Of a stretch of DNA of 64,000 bases, positions 46,832 through 56,095 are shown one piece after another. Source of the stretch: a virus; IMG/VR virus record IMGVR_UViG_3300029319_000006, positions 1 to 64,000 of that record. The stretch is one strand, 5' to 3'. How positions within the stretch are numbered: the first letter of the stretch is position 1; every line of letters begins with the position of its first letter. The position numbers and the translations under genes were made by a program. The notes beneath the pieces were generated by a model that had not been told where the DNA came from, made no database searches, and saw only the letters and a program-made list of their open reading frames with translations.

Positions 46832-48311
46832 TAAGATCCACCACTATTACTTTATACTTGAATTGTTCTCTCTTATATATCTTTAATCTTTCCGCACTAT
46901 GTAACAAAGTATAATTTTGTCGTTTTTTCCAATGTAAGTCATCTGCTATATCAAATAACTTAGTTGGTTTATCATCATCAGATTTTCTTAATCCTCTACC
47001 AATTGATTGTAACACTCTTATTTGAGACTTTGAAGGACTAGCAAAAATAATATTATGCAAATTCCTAATATTGACGCCAGTACTGAAAGTCCCCAAAGAA
47101 GCAACAATAATTGCATTTTTTTGTTTTTCTACTATTCCTCTAATAGCTTCTCTATCAGATGTTGGTACTTCTCCAGAAACAAAGAATGCTTTTCTATTCT
47201 TTTTCTTATTATTATTTATAAGATCAAATAAAATTTTACCGTGTGACTCAACTCTTGAATATAGTACTAATGTATTACCATCACATTGTAAAGCTAAATT
47301 CTGAATAAATTTATTTCTGTTTTTATGTGTAATAATATAATTAATTTCATCTTGATATACTTGCTTACCAAAATTTTGTCTGATATTTTTATCGTAATTC
47401 AATAATAATATTTTTATATCAAGAGGAGCTAATGTATCATTATCTTGTAATTCTTTGGTACTTATAGCTTTAAAAACTGGACCAAATAATCCTTCTAATA
47501 CTAATTTATGTGTTAAAGTTCCATCCAATGTTCCAGTAGTACCAAATCTATATTTGGCTTCAGTAGCTTTATTCATAATGGAAGATAATGATTTGGATTT
47601 AAAACCGTGACATTCATCTCCAAAAACCATTCCAAATTGTTCAAACCATTTTTTTGGTAGTTTATATATTGATTGCCATGTAGATATAATTACTCTTTTT
47701 TCAGTTATTTTATCCTTACCAGAATATATTTTATGAACATCTTTTTCTACATCCATTTCATAATCTTTAAAATCATTATACATCTGTTCTACTAATCCAG
47801 TAGTTGGAACAATAATCAAAACTTTTGATGGTTTTCCATTTTTATCTTCATTTATTATTTCAAGATAGTATTTCATAATAACATAAATTATGTATGATTT
47901 ACCTGATCCTGTAGGAGATAATATAATAGCTCTGTTTCTACTTAAAGCTAACTTAATAGCTTCTTCTTGATAATTTCTTAGAGGGAGAGGAAGATTAAAA
48001 TCAAAATCAAATATAACATCATTACCAAGTGGAGCACCATAATCAGTTTCTTTGGTTTCAATGACATAACTTCTATCTTTTGCAAATTTTTTTAAATTTA
48101 ACCATAAACCAGCATTAAGTTCACCAGTCATGCGATTAAATAATTTTATTTTACCATCCCACACTTTATGTTTGTAAGCTGGCATAAATTTATAACCTGG
48201 AACATAAAATGAAAAGTATTCACTAAGTTCAGCTCCTAGTCCAGGCTCTACATCTATTTTCAACATACTTTGATCTTTAAGACCACATACTATATCAGCC
48301 GCCAGCTTCAA
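46824..48311 (-). CDS. uvsW: RNA-DNA helicase UvsW
   Basis: WDGKI, SPTGSGKS, DECH, QSIGRGLR. Confidence 0.95.
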   Translation of the reverse strand: MKLAADIVCGLKDQSMLKIDVEPGLGAELSEYFSFYVPGYKFMPAYKHKVWDGKIKLFNRMTGELNAGLWLNLKKFAKDRSYVIETKETDYGAPLGNDVIFDFDFNLPLPLRNYQEEAIKLALSRNRAIILSPTGSGKSYIIYVIMKYYLEIINEDKNGKPSKVLIIVPTTGLVEQMYNDFKDYEMDVEKDVHKIYSGKDKITEKRVIISTWQSIYKLPKKWFEQFGMVFGDECHGFKSKSLSSIMNKATEAKYRFGTTGTLDGTLTHKLVLEGLFGPVFKAISTKELQDNDTLAPLDIKILLLNYDKNIRQNFGKQVYQDEINYIITHKNRNKFIQNLALQCDGNTLVLYSRVESHGKILFDLINNNKKKNRKAFFVSGEVPTSDREAIRGIVEKQKNAIIVASLGTFSTGVNIRNLHNIIFASPSKSQIRVLQSIGRGLRKSDDDKPTKLFDIADDLHWKKRQNYTLLHSAERLKIYKREQFKYKVIVVDLNE

Positions 48312-48738
48312 ATACTTTCCACCTTATCATATTACCAACAGTTTGATGTCTCCAATTAAGATTATTTACAATCTCATTTAATGTATCTATCATAGTTTTT
48401 AAGTACTGTATTTTCAATTCTGATTCTTGTATCTCTTTATCTGAATCATAATAATAATCCATTTCACCTTTCATTATTTTAAGTCCATCTAAAGGATCAT
48501 AGCTCCATCCAAGTTTATCTATTTGTTCCTGTGACATTTTACCATTGTACCATAACCATTTATCTTTTAACAAAGATTTTTGATTCATTTCTTGTTTTTT
48601 TAATTTAAGTTTAGCATTGGTTAGTAGTGCCAAATATTTTGCATGCAATGCAGGAGTCTGCCTTGATACTTCATCTAAATTACTATTGGGTAGTTTGGAG
48701 TCAGTTTCCCACTGCTCCAGGATCTGTTCTAATGTCAT
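48295..48738 (-). CDS. uvsY: recombination mediator UvsY
   Basis: LHAKYL, W..F.AG; synteny. Confidence 0.88.
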   Translation of the reverse strand: MTLEQILEQWETDSKLPNSNLDEVSRQTPALHAKYLALLTNAKLKLKKQEMNQKSLLKDKWLWYNGKMSQEQIDKLGWSYDPLDGLKIMKGEMDYYYDSDKEIQESELKIQYLKTMIDTLNEIVNNLNWRHQTVGNMIRWKVFEAGG

Positions 48739-48749
48739 TATATACTCCG

Positions 48750-49301
48750 TTATTTCAATTCAAAAGTAGAGAATCTAAACGTAGCTGGAAAAGTAATAAA
48801 TTGTACATCTCCACTAGTAGATTCTAAAGTCATATCTCCTAAGCTAGTTGGTATGGCATCATTATATTTTATAGTTCTTATTTTATTATTATGACTACTA
48901 AGAATAGACAAAGTCATATCACAATAAGTGGGTGGTTTAGTAGTATCTCTTTTTGTAGGTACCCTGTCAGGTGTTTGTACTATTCTTTGCATCCAATTGT
49001 ACATTTCTGTATATGAGTTTAAATTTTCATCCACTATTATTATAACTGTTAATTCAGTAAATGTCAACTTATCAGCTGCAAAAGGAACAGTAGCTATTCT
49101 TCTGAAAGGAACTTCAATTGAATTGGAACTAAGAGATGGATGTAATACAGTCTGACAAAAAAATTGTAGATTAGAAAAATGTTTTCTATCTATTGAAAGT
49201 TGAAAAGAAGTAGGTTGTAAAAAATTTAAATTATTTAAACCAGTACTACTATTTAATGTATCATCTACAGAAACTGTAAGATTAGGATTTAATGTAGGCA
49301 T
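48750..49301 (-). CDS. 3: tail tube terminator (gp3)
   Basis: NFLQPT.F, IVDE....Y.EMYNW; late promoter. Confidence 0.8.
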   Translation of the reverse strand: MPTLNPNLTVSVDDTLNSSTGLNNLNFLQPTSFQLSIDRKHFSNLQFFCQTVLHPSLSSNSIEVPFRRIATVPFAADKLTFTELTVIIIVDENLNSYTEMYNWMQRIVQTPDRVPTKRDTTKPPTYCDMTLSILSSHNNKIRTIKYNDAIPTSLGDMTLESTSGDVQFITFPATFRFSTFELK

Positions 49302-49324
49302 TTTTTTCCTTCTAAATTACCTAC

Positions 49325-49332
49325 TATTTATA
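49325..49332 (-). promoter_or_regulatory. late promoter TATAAATA
   Basis: Exact consensus before gp3. Confidence 0.75.
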
Positions 49333-49359
49333 TAAAAAAAATATACTTTTTTTGCAAAA

Positions 49360-49402
49360 TAACTGTTGACTTTTGTTTAACTTTATGGTATAAAGGTATT
49401 AT
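49360..49402 (+). promoter_or_regulatory. sigma70-type early promoter (TTGACT-17bp-TATAAA)
   Basis: 43-bp identical inverted copy of 620..662. Confidence 0.85.
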
Positions 49403-49426
49403 AAGTTATGAAGGAGAATATAAATT

Positions 49427-49702
49427 ATGATTAATTATGTAACAGGAAATGAATACACAGGAAGAAATGCAGCTACTTTAGAAGAGGCTGGTTTTGACTA
49501 CGAAGATGCATTCGTTACTTTCAAACAAGCTATCAAATTAGATGGCATTTCTGGAAAAGCTCTTAAAGGTATTAAGAAAGCTGCTTCTTTAGTTAGATTC
49601 TCTAAGACAGAGAAAGTAGAAGAAGATGGTAAAATGGTTGCTAAACCAATTTACTTTTCAGTTTTTGATATTAAAGAAGTTTTAGCAAGGAGGGTTTCAT
49701 AA
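49427..49702 (+). CDS. early protein, ArdC N-terminal-like
   Basis: N.VTG.EY.G.N...L, FVTFKQA, YFSVF pattern; AAGGAG SD. Confidence 0.55.
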   Translation: MINYVTGNEYTGRNAATLEEAGFDYEDAFVTFKQAIKLDGISGKALKGIKKAASLVRFSKTEKVEEDGKMVAKPIYFSVFDIKEVLARRVS

Positions 49703-49923
49703 TGCCAGAGATTGTATTGAAAGATTTTTATGTTAATGGAGCTGTCAGTTTAGATACTATATCTAAATGTGATCTTGATACATTAGCTGAATTATTAGTA
49801 AAAAATCATTCACCACAAGCACATGAGCTATGGTCTGCTCTAGGTGCTCATTTACAGGATCATTTTGAATATGGTAATTCTACTTGGGGTGAATTTGCAG
49901 AAGAAGGATTAGATACACTATGA
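49702..49923 (+). CDS. hypothetical early protein
   Basis: TAATG-coupled, GGAGG SD. Confidence 0.65.
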   Translation: MPEIVLKDFYVNGAVSLDTISKCDLDTLAELLVKNHSPQAHELWSALGAHLQDHFEYGNSTWGEFAEEGLDTL

Positions 49924-49975
49924 ATTAATTAATTACAGGCCCTGTTCGCCACTTACCCATTCTTGGATAGACACC

Positions 49976-50004
49976 AAAAAAAGAGCCGCTTTCGCGGCTC
50001 TCTT
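49976..50004. terminator. terminator between convergent gp23 and early cassette
   Basis: GAGCCGC-GAAA-GCGGCTC plus T-tract on minus strand. Confidence 0.8.
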
Positions 50005-50038
50005 CGTTTTTATGTAGGGTTTATTCCCTATCTTTTTA

Positions 50039-51376
50039 TTAAGTTAGAATATTATCTACTCTGAATATTCTGTAGTACTGATTGGTTCTGTTGGATGCAA
50101 GACCATTAGATGGTGCATTACCTACAAATGGATTTGACGCCATGCCATATCTAGTTTTGAAACCGATTCTTGGCTGGAAGTCATTCTCCCCAACAGCACG
50201 TACCATTGTTAGTGGTACATATGGACAATAGAACACACCTGCGTCATATGGGTTTGTACCCTTATATCCAACGTTGATGTAATCTGTGTCTGCATATGGA
50301 TCAATGTAAACTCTGATCCTACCGTTTAAAACACCTGCAAATGTATTGCCTGTATCGTCTACGTTTAAGTTAGTGGACATATTTGGAGCATAATCCAACA
50401 TTCCACCAGCAGCAAGAGCTGTAGCTACGTCAGAAGAACATACGACGAAGTTACCTTTACCACGTCTTGTTTCTTTTGCAATTACGTTAGCTTCTCTATC
50501 TAACTGAACACCTAGACCTTTAAACTTTTCAGCTGACCAACGACCATCTGCATCTGAACTTACGTTAAAGATACCATTGGTAGTTACGTTAGCTTGTCTA
50601 GCACCGATTTTAGCTTGTGCGTTAATTGTACGTACAACCTCACGGTTAATTTCAGCTAAGATTTCAGTTGACAAGATGTTTGACAACTCTGTCTCAGCGT
50701 CAAGACCATGAATTGCTTTCAAGTCTTGTGCTAGTTCTAGAGTGTATTCAGCTTTGAGAGCTCTTGACTTTGCAGTCACTGTTGATTTCTCAATGGTGAA
50801 TCCCATCTCAGCAATTGATTCTCCAGTGTTACCTAGAGCTTCAGCTTCTGCTGTTGAATATGCGTCAGCTTGTACAGGAACATAAGTTGTATCTGAGTCA
50901 ACAATACTTGCGTCAACGTCAGTATCACTTACTCCAGCAAGACCTGATGGTCCTTTTGAATCTGTTGAAGCTGTAGATGAATCTCCAGAATAATTCTGAA
51001 GTGCTTCACTAAACAATGCTTCATCATCTGTTGCTGCACCAGCTTTTGAAGTCTTATATCTTGACTTCATTGCGAAGATAAGACCAGTAGGTCCAGTCAT
51101 TGGCTGAACACCACAAATGTCATATGCCATTAAATTTGGCATAGCTCTTCTTACTAATGAGATTAAAATTGGATTCCAGTTTGCTACAGAAGCAGAATTG
51201 GTACCAGCAATCTCTTGGAGTTGCTCTCCTTGCTCTCTCAAAGCCTTCTCAGTATTCTCAAGAACAACTGCTGTAACTGAACGCTTTACAGCGCTATCAA
51301 TTTTACCAGCTGCTTCTTCATCTAATACTGGAGACCACTTTTCAACGAGCCTATCGTATGAATTAGATTTTTCCAT
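50039..51376 (-). CDS. 23: major capsid protein (gp23)
   Basis: GVQPMTGPTGLIFAM, KSRALKAEYTLELAQDLKAIHG, FQPRIGFKTRYG. Confidence 0.98.
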   Translation of the reverse strand: MEKSNSYDRLVEKWSPVLDEEAAGKIDSAVKRSVTAVVLENTEKALREQGEQLQEIAGTNSASVANWNPILISLVRRAMPNLMAYDICGVQPMTGPTGLIFAMKSRYKTSKAGAATDDEALFSEALQNYSGDSSTASTDSKGPSGLAGVSDTDVDASIVDSDTTYVPVQADAYSTAEAEALGNTGESIAEMGFTIEKSTVTAKSRALKAEYTLELAQDLKAIHGLDAETELSNILSTEILAEINREVVRTINAQAKIGARQANVTTNGIFNVSSDADGRWSAEKFKGLGVQLDREANVIAKETRRGKGNFVVCSSDVATALAAGGMLDYAPNMSTNLNVDDTGNTFAGVLNGRIRVYIDPYADTDYINVGYKGTNPYDAGVFYCPYVPLTMVRAVGENDFQPRIGFKTRYGMASNPFVGNAPSNGLASNRTNQYYRIFRVDNILT

Positions 51377-51391
51377 TACATGGATCTCCTA

Positions 51392-52360
51392 TTACTTTTT
51401 AGTTTGTCTAATTGCAGAAATGTATGATTCCATTGCTGGACTCACTTCGACTTGAGCTGTTGCTTCTTCGTCATCCACATTTTCTGCGATTGGTGATGTA
51501 GCAGTTTTTTTCTTGAAATATGATTCTTTCAAAGTATCCACTTTTGATTTGAATGCTTCTTCAGACTCAAATTCAACACTTTCTGCTAGTTTTTTTAGCT
51601 TTTCTACTTGAGTTTCAGCTAGATCCTTAGATGCTTCACGAATAACTTCGTTTCGCTGGTAAGTTTCTACTCTTGCGCTCATGTCTATAGCTTTTTGAAC
51701 TGCGTCGTTGTACTTTTCTTCAAGTTCTACGTTCGCAGTTGCTAGTTCGTCTACTAGGTCAACCTTGGTATCAGGAACTTCTACATAAGACTCTTGGAAA
51801 AGATCCTTCATCTTATTCATAAAGTTTTCTGCAATCTCAGTTCTTAGACCTGATTGTATTGCAATTTTATTTTCCTCTACCCATTGTTCAACCACATAGT
51901 TGAGGTAGCTGTCTACTTTTTCGACAAGTTCTTCTTTAGTTTTAGATACTTCCTCATCAAGCTGAGTTTTGTATTCTTCTTCTAAACGATTTATCTCATC
52001 TGCAAGTTTTGACTTTACCGCTGCTTCAAAGATTACTGCTGTTTTAGCTTTAAACTCATCACTGAGTGTAGCTTCAGATTCGACTAAGGCATTTAAGTCT
52101 TCACTAAAATCTCCATCTATTTCTACATCTTCGGCTTTCATGCCTTTGCCACCAGCAGGTGCTTTTGACATTGGTTCGCTTTGGACCTTATCACCTTTTC
52201 TGTGAGGCGCTTTCTTTTTAGGATCAGCGGCCTTATCAGCGTCGGCAATAGACTGGTCTTCAGCATTTTTTGGATCGTGAGCCTCTTCAACTTCATTCTC
52301 GTTGAGCTCAACATCCTGTGCTTCGGCTTCGACTTTTTCAGTCTTTACTTCTTCAGTCAT
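51392..52360 (-). CDS. 22: prohead core scaffold (gp22)
   Basis: IFEAAV, VDSYLNYVVEQW; synteny. Confidence 0.92.
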   Translation of the reverse strand: MTEEVKTEKVEAEAQDVELNENEVEEAHDPKNAEDQSIADADKAADPKKKAPHRKGDKVQSEPMSKAPAGGKGMKAEDVEIDGDFSEDLNALVESEATLSDEFKAKTAVIFEAAVKSKLADEINRLEEEYKTQLDEEVSKTKEELVEKVDSYLNYVVEQWVEENKIAIQSGLRTEIAENFMNKMKDLFQESYVEVPDTKVDLVDELATANVELEEKYNDAVQKAIDMSARVETYQRNEVIREASKDLAETQVEKLKKLAESVEFESEEAFKSKVDTLKESYFKKKTATSPIAENVDDEEATAQVEVSPAMESYISAIRQTKK

Positions 52361-52369
52361 GTTTGACTC

Positions 52370-53029
52370 CTATAAGTTAGATTTCATTAACGAGAGGAAA
52401 TTTTTAAACTCACGAACTTGCGTTTCATATAGATCCGCACGTGGAGCACGTTTAATTTCAGTCTCTATTTTTTCAATTTCTTGAGGTTCAAGGATGCCAT
52501 TATTCCAAACCCAGTCTACACCTTCCATTACTCCATTTACAAAGGCTTGCGGTGCTGATGGATCTTGTACGATATCAACCGTATTAAGCATAAAGTCATC
52601 TTTGACGTACATAGTACCGTTTCTTTCCTCAAGGCTACCCATACCACGAGTTGAGACACCTAGTTGAACACCACCATCAAGAAGACCAGTTACGATCTTT
52701 CCCATAGGAGTTTCCAATATGCGTGCCTTCCCCATAACATTATTTCCATCCATTTGGAGGTCAGTAATCTTATGGGATACTTTATCCAAGTTAACAGTTG
52801 GTCCATCAGGGTGATTCAATTCACCGACCGCTCTGTCCTTGGAAACTTGTTCACGGACATATTTGTTCACTGCAGATTCCATAACTGCTTTGGGATATAT
52901 TCGTCCGTTTCTATTCTTTGATTCTGCCATAGCAAAGACACCCTCAATCATATGAGATTTAGAGCCATCTTCTGCTTTTTCAACAATGCATTTTACATCA
53001 TTTTCTCTATATTCAGTTATAAGTTTCAT
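52370..53029 (-). CDS. 21: prohead protease (gp21)
   Basis: NRNGRIYP, GELNHP, GVSTRGMGS, DPSAP. Confidence 0.95.
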   Translation of the reverse strand: MKLITEYRENDVKCIVEKAEDGSKSHMIEGVFAMAESKNRNGRIYPKAVMESAVNKYVREQVSKDRAVGELNHPDGPTVNLDKVSHKITDLQMDGNNVMGKARILETPMGKIVTGLLDGGVQLGVSTRGMGSLEERNGTMYVKDDFMLNTVDIVQDPSAPQAFVNGVMEGVDWVWNNGILEPQEIEKIETEIKRAPRADLYETQVREFKNFLSLMKSNL

Positions 53030-53307
53030 TAGCCTCTAGTTCCTACTTGACTTAATTTAATAGCAGCATTAGCTGCAAATATACAATCAGTTTTGGCTTT
53101 GCTCAAAATAAGAGATTCTTGTCCAGCCACTGTAGTTGATCCTAAAACATTTCCACTAGGAGCATCCACTAATGTAACTAAATATGCTGTTGTACCGGAA
53201 TTCACTACTCTAACAAATATTGAACTTCCTACTGTAGATGCTGCTCCTGTTGAAGTTGGAGCTGCAATTTCAGCTGCTTGTAATACTATTCCTGCATGCA
53301 TACCCAT
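53029..53307 (-). CDS. hypothetical head-module protein
   Basis: Ala/Gly/Thr-rich ORF in head operon. Confidence 0.6.
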   Translation of the reverse strand: MGMHAGIVLQAAEIAAPTSTGAASTVGSSIFVRVVNSGTTAYLVTLVDAPSGNVLGSTTVAGQESLILSKAKTDCIFAANAAIKLSQVGTRG

Positions 53308-53309
53308 TT

Positions 53310-53528
53310 TTACCCCTTATATTGCTTTACAAATTCTTTAGCCATTCTTTCAGCTTCACGTTGATTTTTATAACTATCTAATCTATCACCATCAATGTAT
53401 ACAACAAATTCATTTCTATCCTTTAAGATTTTAACAGGAATTTTTCCCATTTTTTTATTGAAAACCATCTTACCCCTAGGTTTTCTTCCTGTTAATTCTC
53501 TTAATTCTTTAAAACTTATTGTTTTCAT
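53310..53528 (-). CDS. prohead core protein (gp68-position)
   Basis: MKTISFKELRE leader; late promoter; synteny. Confidence 0.55.
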   Translation of the reverse strand: MKTISFKELRELTGRKPRGKMVFNKKMGKIPVKILKDRNEFVVYIDGDRLDSYKNQREAERMAKEFVKQYKG

Positions 53529-53540
53529 TCTTTTAACTTT

Positions 53541-53548
53541 TATTTATA
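53541..53548 (-). promoter_or_regulatory. late promoter TATAAATA
   Basis: Exact consensus. Confidence 0.75.
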
Positions 53549-53559
53549 CAAATAGATTT

Positions 53560-53904
53560 TTAGGCAGCTTCATCTGGTGTTTCTTGTTCAGATTCTTCAT
53601 CATTTTCTATATGATCTTCTGAATCTTCTTGATTATCTTCATTATCTTCTGAAGCCTCATCAGAATCTTCTTCAGACTCTTCCTCTGCTTCCTCTGGTTC
53701 TTCACTATTAAATATTTGATTAGCTACTGCTATTTTTTCTTGGTCTAAAGCATCATTTACTTTTTGTTTCATTAATTCTGCAAAAGTAGGTTGAGCTTTA
53801 CTAAAATCTTGATTAGCCACATTGTTTATTATATCTTCAATGTTCACATCAATTTCTACACCAGCTGGTACAGTTTCATTTTCTTTTTCTTGTGCTTCTG
53901 CCAT
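53560..53904 (-). CDS. prohead core protein (gp67-like)
   Basis: Acidic tail; immediately after portal. Confidence 0.65.
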   Translation of the reverse strand: MAEAQEKENETVPAGVEIDVNIEDIINNVANQDFSKAQPTFAELMKQKVNDALDQEKIAVANQIFNSEEPEEAEEESEEDSDEASEDNEDNQEDSEDHIENDEESEQETPDEAA

Positions 53905-55502
53905 TATATACTCCTAAGTTTTCTAATTACATTTTCTTGAGGTTCTTCATCATCTAATCTAAATTGTGATTGATCATCAGATTGATTTTGTGATTCTTCA
54001 TCTTCTTTATCTTCAATTTCTCCAGCAGATTTCTCTGCTGCTATTTGTTTTTGCATATCTTGCAATTCATCATCTTTCATCATTAGTATATTTTTCATAA
54101 CCCATTCTTTAGAAAAGAATTCTCCAACATATTGTTGTACATTGTCAAGATTTTGAAATCTATTTTGCATAAGTTCTGATTCTTTTAACTCTGCAAAATG
54201 ATTATCTCTTGCATAATCAACCACTATATCTTGTTCCCAACTATTCCAATCTTCTTCTGTACAAATTTGTTTCATTATACATTGTTTTTTCAGAATTTCT
54301 GTGAATATCATGGAAAAACGTTTTCTTAATCTATCAATAAACTTTTGAAACTTAACTTCATCTCTACTTATTTCTGTAGATCTTCCAAGACTAAACTGAG
54401 CTTCTTGTTCTAATCTGTTGATAGGAACATTTAAAGATCTGTATAATCTTTTTTGAAAATAAATTATATCATCAATTTGTCCTAAATTATCACCACCAGG
54501 TAAAGTAGATATTTCTGTACCTCGACCACCTTCTCTTCTAGGTAACCAAAAATCTTCAAGCATAGACATATGCTTTCTATCATCTCTTATTTTTCCTGTA
54601 TCTGCATCATATACTAATTTATTTCTATATCGAGACATAATGTCTTTCATGTAATTGTCAGCTTTACCTCTAGGTAAATTACCAACATCAATATAGAATA
54701 TTCTTCTTTCTGGAGCTCTTGCTAGTCTGTATATAACTAGAGAATCTTCCATCATACGCAATTGGTTTATTGGTTTTAATGCTTTATGTAAATGTGATAC
54801 AACTCTTTTTCTATCTATATCTAATAATCCAGAAGTAACATAAGAAACTGAATCAGAAGATAACTTTACTCCTTGATTAGTTCCTCCAGGTTTTTCTTGA
54901 TAGATATAAAATTCATTTATATGATCTATTAATGTAGCTCCTGTTTCAGGATCTTTTTTTCTTTTAACTTCTTTTACTTTCCTAATCTTAGAAGCATCAA
55001 TAGGTCTTATTTCTTGGATGCCAGCTTTTAGATTACTCTCATCAACAACTAAATGGTGATATATTCTACCATCAATATACCATCTCTTAATAATGTCATG
55101 TCCTAGTTCATTAAACTTTAACATAGAACATACATTTTGAAATTCTTCATCTATAGATTTTTTTAATGCATCACTTAATCCTTCTACATGATCTAATACT
55201 AAATCTACAGGGGATCTGTTTTCATTTGCTGTAACAGCTTCGTTTACAATATCTTCTATTGCAGCATCTACCTCCGGATGGGTTGCTACAGCTCGATATT
55301 GTCTTATATTTTGTAAATTATCTTTTCCATAATCACTTTCTCCAAGATTAACATACGTTCCATAATGTGCACCCGCAGCAGTAACGTAACCAGCACCGTC
55401 TTGATCAACGGGTGGTACAATTGATTGCATTTTTTCAGCTTTTTTATCTTTGGCTCTTTTAATTTCAAAGCCAAATAATCTTAAGCTACCTTGTTCAGCC
55501 AT
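53904..55502 (-). CDS. 20: portal protein (gp20)
   Basis: YRLARAPERRIFYIDVGN, EDFWLPRREGGRGTEI. Confidence 0.97.
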   Translation of the reverse strand: MAEQGSLRLFGFEIKRAKDKKAEKMQSIVPPVDQDGAGYVTAAGAHYGTYVNLGESDYGKDNLQNIRQYRAVATHPEVDAAIEDIVNEAVTANENRSPVDLVLDHVEGLSDALKKSIDEEFQNVCSMLKFNELGHDIIKRWYIDGRIYHHLVVDESNLKAGIQEIRPIDASKIRKVKEVKRKKDPETGATLIDHINEFYIYQEKPGGTNQGVKLSSDSVSYVTSGLLDIDRKRVVSHLHKALKPINQLRMMEDSLVIYRLARAPERRIFYIDVGNLPRGKADNYMKDIMSRYRNKLVYDADTGKIRDDRKHMSMLEDFWLPRREGGRGTEISTLPGGDNLGQIDDIIYFQKRLYRSLNVPINRLEQEAQFSLGRSTEISRDEVKFQKFIDRLRKRFSMIFTEILKKQCIMKQICTEEDWNSWEQDIVVDYARDNHFAELKESELMQNRFQNLDNVQQYVGEFFSKEWVMKNILMMKDDELQDMQKQIAAEKSAGEIEDKEDEESQNQSDDQSQFRLDDEEPQENVIRKLRSI

Positions 55503-55517
55503 ATGTATCCTTTCAAA

Positions 55518-55543
55518 TGGGGTAGCAATATTTATGCTACCCC
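55518..55543 (-). terminator. hairpin after gp19
   Basis: GGGGTAGCA...TGCTACCCC inverted repeat. Confidence 0.55.
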
Positions 55544-55555
55544 TATCTATTCATA

Positions 55556-56083
55556 TTAAGAAGTAGTTCCAGCTTCCCAGTATTGTACTTGGAATTCAAC
55601 AGTAAATCTCTCAATATCATTTTCTAAACCGTAGCTTAGATCTATTGGAGATATTGCTGTTGGAAAACAACCTCTAAAGTTATATGTCTTTAATGTTGAT
55701 CCATCCTTATCGATCTGATCTACTACTAAATCAGCTTCGTAATCAGTAACATTAGTTAAACCAGTATTTGCACTATGTGCATTCATACCGTTCATCCAAC
55801 GTTCCATTGAATTTCTCACATTAAAGTCTGTGTCGTTAATAATAGTTGGAGTCCAAACATCAAATGTTCTATCTCCAGCCATCTTTAACTGACGACCTCT
55901 AAAGGGAATTATTATAGTTCCCATAGTTGAGCCAGGCAACTGAGCTGCCTCGCACAAGAAAGATGTAAGTTCTACATCTCCGTTTGCATATCCAGGAAAG
56001 TTGATAGTGGCTTTAAACAAATTGGGTCTAGCACCACCACCCCTTATTTTGGATTTAAAATCATCAACGCCTAATACTGCCAT
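55556..56083 (-). CDS. 19: tail tube protein (gp19)
   Basis: GGARPNLF, AGDRTF, IE.F.VEF. Confidence 0.95.
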   Translation of the reverse strand: MAVLGVDDFKSKIRGGGARPNLFKATINFPGYANGDVELTSFLCEAAQLPGSTMGTIIIPFRGRQLKMAGDRTFDVWTPTIINDTDFNVRNSMERWMNGMNAHSANTGLTNVTDYEADLVVDQIDKDGSTLKTYNFRGCFPTAISPIDLSYGLENDIERFTVEFQVQYWEAGTTS

Positions 56084-56095
56084 TTTCTATCTCCC

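Noticed and set aside
51117-52921. Several + strand ORFs opposite gp21-gp23 (and similar ones opposite other genes)
   Set aside because: Antisense shadows of strongly biased coding sequence.
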